From the NCBI RefSeq assembly GCF_023055435.1, contig NW_025964001.1, forward strand, positions 43,338,001 to 43,402,000: a stretch of 64,000 nt of DNA. The letters run 5' to 3'. This DNA comes from Haliotis rufescens. Taxonomy: Eukaryota. Positions 1 to 11,700 of this stretch are shown here, piece after piece. The notes beneath the pieces are model-generated. The model was not told the DNA's origin, did no database searches, and was given only the letters and a program-made list of their open reading frames with translations. The number at the start of each line of letters is the position of its first letter. The stretch's first letter is position 1. A program made the position numbers and the translations under genes.

Positions 1-257
1 TTAATGGAACCTAAAACATTCATTCACTGGGGACAGTTTCTCTGTGAGTATGTGTTGTGCTCTAATTAAGTAAATGTTTAATGTGATAATCTCTCCTGAA
101 CAATGATACATACCTAAACCGGGCCCTGCGTTTGAATTTACTTATTCACTTCTCGGTTACAAGTTTACAATCAGGATAGGGGCACAATGGACCTACGTGT
201 ATTTCAACTAGATTCATAGCAAGGGAGTTTGACACTTTAGTCCATGCTCGTGCAGAT

Positions 258-487
258 CTATATTGTTTGTTTGTTGTTTTGAAATATTCCAGCAGTATGA
301 CGGCGGCCTGTGAAGTCTGGACCAGACAATCCAGTGATTGATATTATGAGCGACTTTCCACGCCGTCGGGGTTTGATGACACGAAAATCAACCACATCAC
401 TGTGCCTGACAATCCGATCCATTGTGCGGCCTCTTATGGTCAGCATAGTTTACTGGCGATCTATTCCAACCCGGAATTGCCACGGAT
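258..487 (-). mobile_element. Degenerate SINE-like retroposon in intron 3 of gene 1; homologous copies at ~14945-15150, ~25970-26200 and ~62560-62772
   Basis: Shares AATATTCCAGC...GGCGGC...GTCTGGACCAGACAATCCAGTGAT and the GCCTCTTA...CTATTC-AACCCGGA...CCACGG head with the better-preserved copy at 6307-6463. Confidence 0.6.
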
Positions 488-601
488 AGGAGTATTATTA
501 AAACTGCGCAGCAATCCTCGATCAATCATTAGCTGACAAAATTGATTTAAGACGGTCATGGATTGTGAATATAGAGGAGAAGAAGTAAATTAAATACTTA
601 C

Positions 602-2732
602 ACAAGAACAATAGCACCGACAACATGTGTGCCTCCCAAGAAGATGAAGACCATCCCTCTCCACACCACCACCGTGTCCTGGTAGATGCTGCTGAAGATA
701 GGAGTCCCCACCAGCGAGCACATCGTCTCCACCACTGCTATACTGGCGAAGAGGGAACCTGCAACAATACAACAGCAATGTACATAGATGTGTATTCTTT
801 AAAACTACGTTTGTTTACACTGCAGTCAGCAATATTCCAGCTCTAACATGGTGGCAATTGTTAGGCAGACCAGTGACAGAAGGAATAAACAGTTGTGAGG
901 GTACGATGACTTGCAATCCGCAAAAGACACCAAGTCTGACAAGCCGATCCAATTTAGATACCTCTTAATAAAAACAAATTAAGCAATAAAGTGCTGAGGA
1001 CCTATCCCATTCGTGTCCCCGTGTGGTAATTATGTCTTTAGCATGTATTTAGGCTGAACAACAGAAAGCCACTTATTTTGTCTGCGGAGAGTCATCCGTT
1101 GTATCACAGGCTGTGAGTGAAGGTATTTCATTGACATGATATTCTTATGATATATTCAGTACATCCTCGATAGACACATTCTGACCTTGTTTGTTAGCTG
1201 GAGCCAACCGGGACAAGATGGAGCGAACAATTGGGAACAACGTGGCAGCAGGGGTTTTGATGCTGGCAACTGGAAGAACAATAATATGAAGAGTGTTATA
1301 AATCACACATAACTTAATAAATCTAAGAAAGGAACATTTAAATGTGTCATAGCCCAAATGCTATATCAATATTAAAAGCCAATGTTGATATTTGAATGAA
1401 TATTTTCAGAAATAATGAACCGTCATTTATGCTATTACGAGACAAATGACTCTTTTCTTTATTTTTCAGCACATGTGATCGAAAACTTAAATGTCATCCA
1501 TAATTTATTAAGTACCAAAAGGGAAAACGGATTATATTTCAATTCGTTACCATCACAAATTCCCGGAAATGTAAAATAGTCGATCAAATTCACTATCTAT
1601 TACCTCCGTACATCATCCAGTCTGTGCTTGCAATAGACTGTAGGCTGTCTGCTACACCTATCGCCAGAGAACCAATCACTCCTATCACCTCATCGATACA
1701 GCAACACTGTAACAGTCGCGTCAACGGGACACCGATCACCTGTTGTGCCACAGAGCTTATTGTACTATAGTAACCTATTTTCTCAGGGGTCCAGCACAAT
1801 GGAAGGTTCAGTTTGAATAGTGTTTCAATATTAGACGCCCCCACGCCTGGCAAGGCAGTGAAAACGAATATCAAGATAGCTAATATGAAACATATTCGCT
1901 TCCGTTTACTGCCCTCCAAAATATAAAATCCGAACACTCGACGACATCCTTCAAGAGGTGTAATCCAACTGTTCTTCGGTCTTTTAATCCCCCTTCTCTC
2001 AGGCAGCAGTGTCACCACCAGGATAACGTCCACGAGAACGATGAGTGTGGCAGTCAGTGCCGGGTAGAAGAAGTTCACGTCTTGGATGAAGTAGCCAGCT
2101 GCTGTTGATGAGGCAGCAGATCCTATGTTCTGAAAGAACTCCACGAAGGCTATGCCCATGGTTCGAGCACCTGTCGCCGGAGTATTGTCAGCAGCATAGG
2201 CGTACGATGCAAGCAATATAGCATAGTAGCCCCCTGTTAGACCGTCTATCCCTTCTGATATAAAAAACCAATTGATATCCAACTTCCAGTAGATAATGAC
2301 TGCTGTAAATCCAAATCTCAAACAGTGGCCAGTCAGAGGAGCAGCAAAGAGGAGCTTACGACCAATAGAGTCCGAATAGGAACCAAGCATGATGTTGGTG
2401 ATGACGGCTAGACTGCTTTTCATGATTGTAAACTGCATTTGTTTGGCTGCAGCGATCTGCTGTGACTTCTCCTGAAGGATATAGTCTGGGTTGGATGTGT
2501 TCAGGTAACATGTTTGATTCATTGGGCCTTTCCCCGCCACCGTGTGGTTACTGAACACGTCCTCCGTCACCCGTTTGTAGAGATATTGGCTCATCACTGG
2601 CGAGTACATCGACGCCCCTAGTGTTAATATGAATAATATCATATTGCCAAACAAGAGATTCTTGATCTGAGATTTCTTTACTCCAGATTCCGGAGTGTCC
2701 TCCACCTTTTGCAGGAGCGGCTCTGTTTCCAT
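602..2732 (-). CDS. SLC46-family MFS transporter (proton-coupled folate transporter/SLC46A3-like), gene 1; partial, last exon lies left of the window
   Basis: Exons 2732-1604 (1129 nt, donor G|GTAATA), 1269-1186 (84 nt, TTCCAG| ... G|GTCAGA) and 758-602 (157 nt, TTGCAG| ... |GTAAGT) join in frame. SLC46 motifs: GSYSDSIGRK (PCFT DxxGRR loop), YAYAAD, AFVE (E185-equivalent), LPLCWTPEKIGY, RSILSRL..KQG, SLFASIAVVE. Confidence 0.9.
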
Positions 2733-3719
2733 GTTGTATGTTGTGGAGTGCTCGCTTCACTACCTGTGATATCAACACCAATTTCGTCACATGATATAAC
2801 GTCACGTGGACATTACTGTATAATATAACCTATTATAACCTAATTTTACAACAATAATCCGTGTACTGCCAGGGTTATAGATAACCCATTTAGATATAGA
2901 GACCAAATTGTGATCCTTCCTACACATGTTAGCGATCCCTTGTGATAAATATAGCATGTGACCTTTTAGCGTGACACACTCAAGACGTAACGAGGACTGT
3001 GTGTGATTTGGCAACGCCTGTTTCTCAATATCTTCTAAAATGCGACGTGCTACTAGCACATTACAGTTATACCTTTCCACCGACAGTATTGGCGGGTCAA
3101 GGAAAAAGACAATGTCGTATACAAAACAGCTAATTTTAATGATGTAATTCCTATTTGAGTGCATGCCATGCCATGTGTGGTGTCAAGGTGACTTAGGATC
3201 AATAGCAGACGGGAATATTTGAGGAGTTTTAATTTTGAGGTTTGTGCGGGTGTCCGGAATCTGTGACACATCTAGATAACTGAGTGGCGTTATCAGTATT
3301 TAGCTGGGGATGTGTGTGTCACTGAGCAAGTCATGTATTTCGTTGTGCGGATATCAACAAGCCCAAACAATGACGTGTGTGAGTTTGGTTTTACGTCACT
3401 TAGGACACTTTGTCAGTCAAATCATAGGGTGTCAGCTACTTTTAATATTTTTAAGTTTGTTTGTTGCATTTATCAACATTTTACAGGAAAACAAATAACA
3501 ATGACCTCCGGGTGATATGAAATAACATCTATCTCTGAACATGTTGAGCAGCACCAGAGTGGAAACGTGTTTGTTTAGTCTAACAAAATAGAATAAGACA
3601 TGACGATCAGAACTTATAAAAGGAATCTAATTTACAATCTTTTAAAGAGGGACATTTAGCGATTATTGTTTAACTTCATCCTGGAAAGTTAAGAATGGTG
3701 GAATAGTTTTGTGAAACTT

Positions 3720-5810
3720 ACTTTTAAAAATCAAACTTGTATAATGTATCATGATAATGTTGATTGGATCATTGTTTCTGTGTCTTTGATGCACAATCTA
3801 CAACTACTGCTATCTACATATCCTATTTTTGACAATAAATTATTAATCGATATGGTGTAGTATTCTGTATTGGAACCATTGTAAACTTGTATCTTGTGTA
3901 GACCTAAAGTGAGTTACATTGTTGTGTGGCCAATCGTTAGTCCCATTTTGTCCAGTGTTTAGTTTTTTTTGCATAATGCACTCAGTGACAGTTCATAGTA
4001 ATATTGAGTTCCTGTGGAATGTTTCAAGAGTTGTTGTATATATGTGGGTAGGTTTGGGTTAGGTAGTTTGATATTGTTTTTGAATCTATGTTGGCTTTCA
4101 GAAAATATTGTTTTACAGGATTAACAATGCCCGTATATATGAGAAAGTGAGTAGTTTTCCCTTATCATCGATTAGGTCATTCATTCGACACCATGGTTAT
4201 ACCATTTTTTGAGTGAAAAATCCTTTTCGCCAATCTAGGTGTTGTTATTATACCAAATGCCTTCTGTAAGTATGTCATTATCTTGAATGATAATAAAGTC
4301 AATTTGAGAAGCGATCCAGAAAAAATAATAATTCAGCAGTGAAGCCATCGGGACCGGAGCTCTTGTCATTCTCTAAACATTTTATAGCAGGCTGTTCTTC
4401 GTCATATTTTAATTCGCCTGGCAAAGCTGCTGAACTTATTTTGCTTAATTTGCGGACATCATATTCTGTGAGCACGTTTTCCAGGTGAATATCAGTAACC
4501 TTTTGTTTCGTATATAATTTGAAGTAAAAGCTTTTAACTTCTTCTTTAATTCCATGTTGTTTTTCAATAACAATTCCTTTACTGCTTTCTAATCTTACAA
4601 ATGATTTGTTTAGAAAATTTCGTGAATCTAGACCAAGAAAATAGTTTGTTGGTTTTTCTCCCTTTTCAGTCCATATAGCTTCAGCACTTATCACAAGGCC
4701 TTGATGTTTTATCTTACTGATCTATTCATTTTTTTTCGTTTAATACTTCGTTTCCTTGCATTAATTTTGGTTTTGTGGTTGCAATCCTTTTCCATTCTTT
4801 GTCTTATTTCATCCATATTTCTGGTTAAGCTAGATACTTTTTTTCTCTTTCTCGATTTTTATGGGATGAATATTTTATGGTTTCTCCTCTAATCATTGAT
4901 ACTAGACTGAGGGTTTTGAAAAACACCTGAATACTAAATTCATTCGTGTTATCATATGTGTTTTCGTATTGAGTAACAGTTTCAGGGATAGTCTGTTTTA
5001 CCATGTTGACATACATAGCCAGTATCTTTCAAGGGAGAATTGTTGAATTTCCAAAACCACTTTCCATGCTGTAATTCTGTGAGATTAAATGACTTACATG
5101 TACATATTGGCGAATGGTCCGATTTAAAACTTGCGTCTATTGTCGCATCCGTAATCGAAGAGATCATATAATGAGATATCAGAAAATAGTTGAGCCCAGC
5201 TTGTTTTAATGGTGTTGACTGTCGCCATGTATGTCGTCTATCATTTGGGTATCTATCCCGCCATGGATCTACTAAATCTAGTTCATCTTTTAGCTGCGTT
5301 ATTCTCTCCCTTGTCGTTTGATTATTGTTGTCTTTATAATGATAAGTATGAATAAAATAATTCTGAACCACGTTTCAATCTCCACATACCACAACGTGGT
5401 CACTGTTTAGGCTGCGTATCAGCATATCTAGTTTATCATAAAAGCTATTTCCGTCAGTATTTGGACCGTATATATTGATAAGAGCCAATGTGTATGTATC
5501 TGTCGTAAGTTCTATTGTGATCATATTTCCATCATCGTCACTTTTCACACCATCAAGGTTATAATCTAAGTACTTGGAACATTAAAAGGCTACCCCTATG
5601 GAATTACTTTTAAATGAACGAAAATAACATTTCTTGCATTGCCAGTCTTTGTAAATTTGTTCTTCCATACCTTTAGTGAAATGTACATCTAAAAGACAAT
5701 ATATTGAGGAACTATTTCTCTTTAAACATCTGGACATTTATTTTCGCTTTACCTTATCATTTAAACCTCTGCAATTTAATGTTGTGATTTTTATTTTATC
5801 CATTGGGGGT
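3720..5810 (-). mobile_element. Decayed L1/Tx1-type LINE ORF2 relic (endonuclease, linker, C-terminus; RT core apparently deleted)
   Basis: Start MDKIKITTLNCRGLND at 5803, then LINIYGPNTD, VVCGD*N, SDHSPI, WKFNNS, GEKPTNYF, KSSGPDGFTAE and a C-terminal CRLC...ET motif near 3800. Many stops and frameshifts. Absent from the paralogous spacer at ~21180. Confidence 0.85.
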
Positions 5811-6048
5811 AGTTCGTTTGTGTACCTGATATGTATATATATAGTTCGGTACTGCAGCAAGCTTAAGGAAACGTACTGCTGCATTTAAACATAACTTACA
5901 TACTGCCATATGCTATCTTATTTCGTGCCGGGCAGGTTGATATAAAGTAGGTTCATAAAATGTATACGAAGTGTAAGCGTGAGTGTCAGCTTGATGTAGG
6001 AGGAAATCCCGATGTGATACGTGCTTGGACCATTACCACATTGGTGAA

Positions 6049-6210
6049 GTGAGTGAGTATGATTTTACGCCGCTTTTAGCAATATTCCAGCAATATCACG
6101 GCGGGGGACACCAGAAATGGGCATCACACATTGTACCCATGTCGGGATTCGAACCCGGGTCTTCGGCGTGACGAGCGAACGCTTTAACCACTAGGCTACC
6201 CGACCGCCCC
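6049..6210 (-). mobile_element. tRNA-derived SINE with 14 bp TSD
   Basis: A box TAGCCTAGTGG, B box GGTTCGAATCC, (ACTC)n tail. TSD ACCACATTGGTGAA at 6035-6048 and 6211-6224. Empty site in the paralogous spacer at ~21269. Confidence 0.9.
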
Positions 6211-6306
6211 ACCACATTGGTGAAACCCACGAGGACGGATAACAACGCTTGAAACATTATCAGGGCGAATCTGGGGAATCGAACCCATGGTGGTGAAAAT
6301 AATAAG

Positions 6307-6463
6307 GACGGTCTGTAAATCATGAACATCGATCCACGCAATTGGGATCGATGACATGCCTGACCACCCGATCCCGTTAGTCGCCTTTGACGACAAGCAT
6401 AGTCGCCTTTTACGGCAAGCATGGGTTGCTGAAGACCTATTCTACCCCGGATCTTCACGGGTC
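6307..6463 (-). mobile_element. 5' part of a second, tRNA-less SINE-like retroposon
   Basis: Head GACCCGTGAAGATCCGGGGTAGAATAGGTCTTCAGCAACCCATGCTTG...GGCGACTAACGGG. Related copies elsewhere in the window end in the same tail as the tRNA SINE. Confidence 0.65.
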
Positions 6464-6479
6464 CCTCATATTATTTATT

Positions 6480-7000
6480 GATGAAAGGTGGTATTGATTG
6501 TGATACTAATTTGCCGCATAAAATGATTCATTTTACTGTAAATCGGATAGGACGGTGAATTTCAATTACAAACAATGCAAAATACACACTGTTGTGTTAC
6601 ATTTACCGGACAGCGACCATGCATGACGATGTTTAGTTTGTAATTCATCATCCGGCTTCCTAAATCCAAGGGGCAGGTATCATATGTGATCACAGTGTTT
6701 ATTTAATCCTGTTATTACACAATCTGGTTATAAGAAAACGTGTTTATTGTATACCTGGATAGGTATATCTTTCATTCAATATTGCTTACATTAATTTCGG
6801 CGAAATCGTATCTGACCTGATTGGCAGGTCGCGCCAATATTTACAGCAACCCCACGATCAGATTACCGCCATTGACGTCTTGAAACGAACGTTAGTTGAC
6901 GGAGATTGGACACATATAATACATGCCATATTTGGACTCGATAAAAGTGATATTTGTTGTAGTTTGATTATTATACTGCAACAAGACGTTTAGACGTTTA
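6480..7000 (-). promoter_or_regulatory. Conserved non-coding block; candidate promoter plus non-coding first exon of gene 1 (homologues ~22230-22760 and ~30335-30920)
   Basis: Present upstream of genes 1, 2 and 3. Donor-like CCG|GTAAAT/GTAAGT at 6607, 22373 and 30369. ATTGG/CCAAT at 6820-6838 and 30750-30768. GC box at 30603-30610. Confidence 0.45.
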
Positions 7001-7012
7001 TACAATATACCA

Positions 7013-8720
7013 TATACCATTTGTGATGTGCGGGGCATACCCATTATACCATTTGTGACATAATGGTTAGATCCATTACACTATTTGTGACGTGCGGGTT
7101 ATACCCATAATACCATTTGTGACATAAAGGTTAGATCCATTACACCATTTGTGATGTGCGGGTTATACCCATTATACTATTTGTGATGTGCGGGTTATAC
7201 CAATTATATCATTTGTGACATAAAGGTTTGATCCATTAACCATTTGTAACGTGCGGGTTATACCCATTATGCTATTTGTGACATGAAGCTTAGATCCATG
7301 ACACTATTTGTGACGTGCGGGTTATACCCATAATACCATTTGTGACATAAAGGTTAGATCCATTACATCATTTGTGATGTGCGGGTAATACCCATATACC
7401 ATTTGTGACATAAAGGTTTGATCCATTACGCCATTTGTGACGTGTGGGTTATACCCATTATACTATTTGTAGCGTGAAGGTTATATCTTTTATCCAACTT
7501 CTGACGTGAAAGGTATATCCATTATACCATTTGCGACGTGAAGATTAGATCCATTATATCACGTATGACGTAAAGTTTATATCAATTATGCATTCGTAAC
7601 GTCGAGGTTATATCCATCATTCAACTTATAACGTGACTGTTAGATCCAATTACGCCATTTGTGACGTGTGGGTTATACCCATTATACTATTTGTAGCGTG
7701 AAGGTTATATCTTTTATCCAACTTCTGACGTGAAAGGTATATCCATTATACCATTTGCGACGTGAAGATTAGATCCATTATATCACGTTTGACGTAAAGT
7801 TTATATCAATTATGCATTCGTAACGTCGAGGTTATATCCATCATTCAACTTATAACGTGACTGTTAGATCCAATTACGCCATTTGTGACGTGTGGGTTAT
7901 ACCCATTATACTATTTGTAGCGTGAAGGTTATATCTTTTATCCAACTTCTGACGTGAAAGGTATATCCATTATACCATTTGCGAAGTGAAGATTAGATCC
8001 ATTATATCACGTATGACGTAAAGTTTATATCAATTATGCATTCGTAACGTCGAGGTTATATCCATCATTCAACTTATAACGTGACTGTTAGATCCAATAT
8101 ACCATGTGTGACGTGGCGGTTAACGTCAGTTATACGACTTCTGATGTGAAGACCGTCTTTGTGGTCTTATGGTAGAGCGTCCGCCCGGAGAGCGGAAGGT
8201 CCGGGGTTCGATGCACGGCCGCGATATACCAAATGACGTTAAAAGATTGTACTTGTTGTTACCCTGTCTGGCGTTCGGCATTAAGGGGCTACAAAGACTG
8301 GTTGGCTCGGAGTCAGTATACTATGTCTGAGTGGGGTATTCAACTGCGGCATGGTATCTTAGTGGGCTAGCACTATAAATCGGCATGCGCGTCGCTTTGT
8401 CAGTGCAATAATCTCGACGTTAAACCCCATTCACCTCTCCTCACCTTTGATGTGAAGGTTATGTCCATCAGATGATCTGTTACGTCAATACATGTATACC
8501 ATTTGTGACGTTAAGGTTGTATCAAATATACAATTTGTGACGTGAAACTTATGGCAATTATTCTATTTGCGACGTGAATTTTATGTCCATTATACCATTT
8601 GTGACGTGAAGATTATATCTGTTATACCAGTTGTGACGTTAAGATTATATAACTTATAGAATGTATGACGTTAAGGTTATATCCATTACACATTGTCTGA
8701 CGTGAAGGTTATATCCATTA
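7013..8720. repeat. 32 bp minisatellite with a 223 bp higher-order repeat
   Basis: Unit ~TATACCATTTGTGACGTGAAGGTTATATCCAT. A seven-unit block recurs at ~7420, 7644 and 7867. Interrupted by a SINE. Confidence 0.9.
8152..8447 (+). mobile_element. tRNA-derived SINE, third family
   Basis: tRNA-like head GTGGTCTTATGGTAGAGCG...GGTTCGATGC, body GACTGGTTGGCTCGGAGTCAG, tail CGACGTTAAACC; flanked by TGATGTGAAG at 8142-8151 and 8448-8457. Confidence 0.8.
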
Positions 8721-8760
8721 TAGAACTTATTATATTTCTTCTGTATATCTAAGGAATTAG

Positions 8761-11700
8761 GAGTTATGGCTTCATGGCTTATTCCTTAAAGGGGCACTGA
8801 TCTAACGGAATTCCCCGGATTGGTTGTTGCCTTTGTTATTGTTTTTCCCCCCGTGAGTACCCGGATGATACGCAACGCAACTGAGCGTGACCAGAGACTG
8901 GGCTACCGTCTGCTAGGACAGCTAAATAAACTTGGAGGCTGGAGGCAATATTTGTTTTACGCATTTTTGCATAAACACTGATTGGTTAACCGGGATCTAT
9001 AATATAAAGATTTCGACAAAGGGCGCATGTTAATTAATTTCTTCAGCCTAAACAAACAGACAAAAAGAACGGCAGAGCTCATCGGATGTCGTCATTTGGA
9101 AATACCCTGGATGGTTATAGTTTAATACTAAAAAAAAGTATCCATGCAGTGAAAGCATTTTCGGATTTCGGATTGCGTCGATAATACGATATCTACTCCC
9201 TTGTTGTCATTCACGTTTTCTCGTATAACCCCTACACTTGTGTATTTGTCGTCATTCACTTGATGCTCAGTTAAGGAATTTATTACAGGTACAATTAGTG
9301 GAAGCACCACTTAGATTACCTGACAAAGGTTCCCATTTGGCATTTATTGTGTCTGGGGTAATTATTCAATCTAAATCCAGGTTTGAAGTGAGGTGAAATG
9401 TATGTTATGTTATATGCACGTGGCAGACCAGCAAGAGGTGAATGATCAGTTGATTTACTTTTTTTTGTAAATCAACGGATCGTTCCTAGTCATCAAAGGA
9501 TTAACAGAAAATACGTTGATTGATTAATCACTGTTATTTTGCACAGTGGATATGTCAAAAGTGAGTGTTTACATGTCTAGGTTTACTAAAACAAAGGGAA
9601 TACACTCATATCATGGCGTGAAGTGCCGATGTAAAAACAACATACTTTGTTCAAAGGGTTAACTGATAATACGTTGATTGATTGATCATTGTTATCTATC
9701 ACTTAATGGATTTTTTAGGAACTATGGACGTTATGAAAATAGTTGTCACGTGGGCTTTCTCAGCTGACCCTTGAGACTTGACACCTACGTGAAACACCTG
9801 AAACAATCCAAGTGATCAGTTGAGAAACGGACACGGGTTAAAATATCCCCAAACGATATATATTTTTAAAAATATGTTAATTGTTACAGAGACACGTGAC
9901 ATCGAATAAGTTTTTTTGTACAGCTGCAGACGATTGGGATATTGTTCCTTTGTGTGGATATTCATGGATACATTCCTCGAACAAGGAAGCTGCCTAAAAT
10001 TTATACACATAAATTTGGTAGGTTGTAATTATGGTATTTGCATTTTGTTTTCCTTCATTTGCTGTAACATTGAACCGATTCGTCCTTGTTTCTCTACGTC
10101 TTGGTTGGGAAATTCTTCAATGCGCGATAGACGTTGTTTTCACAGGCCTTTTCCTTTGTAAGCGTGTATATATTACCGTCAATTTGTAAAACGTGATTCT
10201 CTCAGGCAATTTGTAAAATGTGTAAATATTTCAGTCATTTTGACTAAAAAATGTGTCAAGATTGATTAAGACGATTAAAAGGGCCTACAAACATCACAAC
10301 TGATTATTATTTAGGATTAGAAGCCAAACAACATAGAAATGTACTTTTCAACGTAATATCTTCAGTCTCTTGGTGATGACATTAAACATCAAAATGTTTG
10401 GAATTCGTTATCATAATAATACAGATGGAAATGTTTTTCAGTCACTTTGTAAAATAACTGAATATTTAGGCGTTTAATAAATTTGAAAATGTTACAAATT
10501 TTGACAGTAAAAAAATATACACACTATATAAAAGCAATGCTCAGGTGAAATATTAACTTTGTGTTGCAAGTCAAAATAGTGTAAACGAAAATCGCAAAAT
10601 TACCAAGCAAGTGTCTTATCAAAACTTCGTCACCATTACCGATGCTACCCACAAAGATACCTACATTTCCTTATTATCTCGAAAACTGTATTTCATTTTG
10701 TTGATCAATGTGACCATACGCCCTTATTACTACCCATACAAGTGACTAATGCGCTTACGAATGGCGCAGCAGAGGTCGCGAACTAGTCTAGATTTCTGCT
10801 ATACATCCGGGTACTCACTGGGAAAAAACAATAACAAAGGCAACAACCAGTCCCGGGGAATTGCGTTAGATCAGTGCCCCTTTAAGCTAGATGACATGGG
10901 TATAACTGGCAAAACATGGCGTCTTTTGCGTAATGCCTATTCGTCCATGCAATCATATGTTACATACGCTACAGCTCAGATGTATTTCTATCTATCAAGG
11001 TGTTGGTCAAGGACGTGTATTATCTGCCTGGCTTTTCACATTATATATCAACGATCTCATTTGCAAGCTTGATTGCTCTGGCTACGGCCTCCGCTTACCT
11101 TGGGGTCACTATCCGGGTCAACTGCTAGCAGACGATACAACCATTATTAGTAGCTCTCCATCAGCACTGCAAAACCTGCTAGATATTGCTCACAATTATG
11201 CGTGTAGATGGCGTTTGGTTTATAATGTGAATAAAAGTGCAGTCGTAGTAATTTCGCACTGTAAATATAATGTGCCGGACCCTCATGTTTCCTGTGGAAA
11301 GATAGAATTGCCACAAAAGAATTTTGTAACATATGCTGGGGCATGCCTTAGTAACAGTATCTCAACACTCGAATGCTCGCGTATTGCATGCGAAAAACTG
11401 AAAAGATTATTATGTAAACCATAACAATGGTTTGTATTTCGCTGGGTTGAACCCAATTGCGGCTGTGCGAATACTACAGAGAGTTATCTTACCATGTGCC
11501 TAATATGGATGCAATGTATGGGGGCAACTTACTGGTAGAGAGTATGAATTGCTGGAAATACCACAGCGCTACTTCAGTAAAATAGTACAGAGTCTACCAA
11601 GACTTACATCAAGCCAAGTTGTACTGGATAGTCTAGATCTTATTACCATTCAGCCATATATTGATAAACAAGCTCTGATCTTATTTGGTAAACTGTGGCG

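Noticed and set aside
6140-6210. tRNA genes at 6140-6210, ~8152-8222, ~30480-30547 and ~61857-61927
   Set aside because: tRNA-like heads are fused to SINE bodies with tails and TSDs.
6360-6463. Calling the structured head an HDV-like or hammerhead ribozyme
   Set aside because: I could not fit the HDV P1-P2-P3-P1.1-P4 order or the hammerhead CUGAUGA/GAAA core, so it is kept only as an unassigned candidate.
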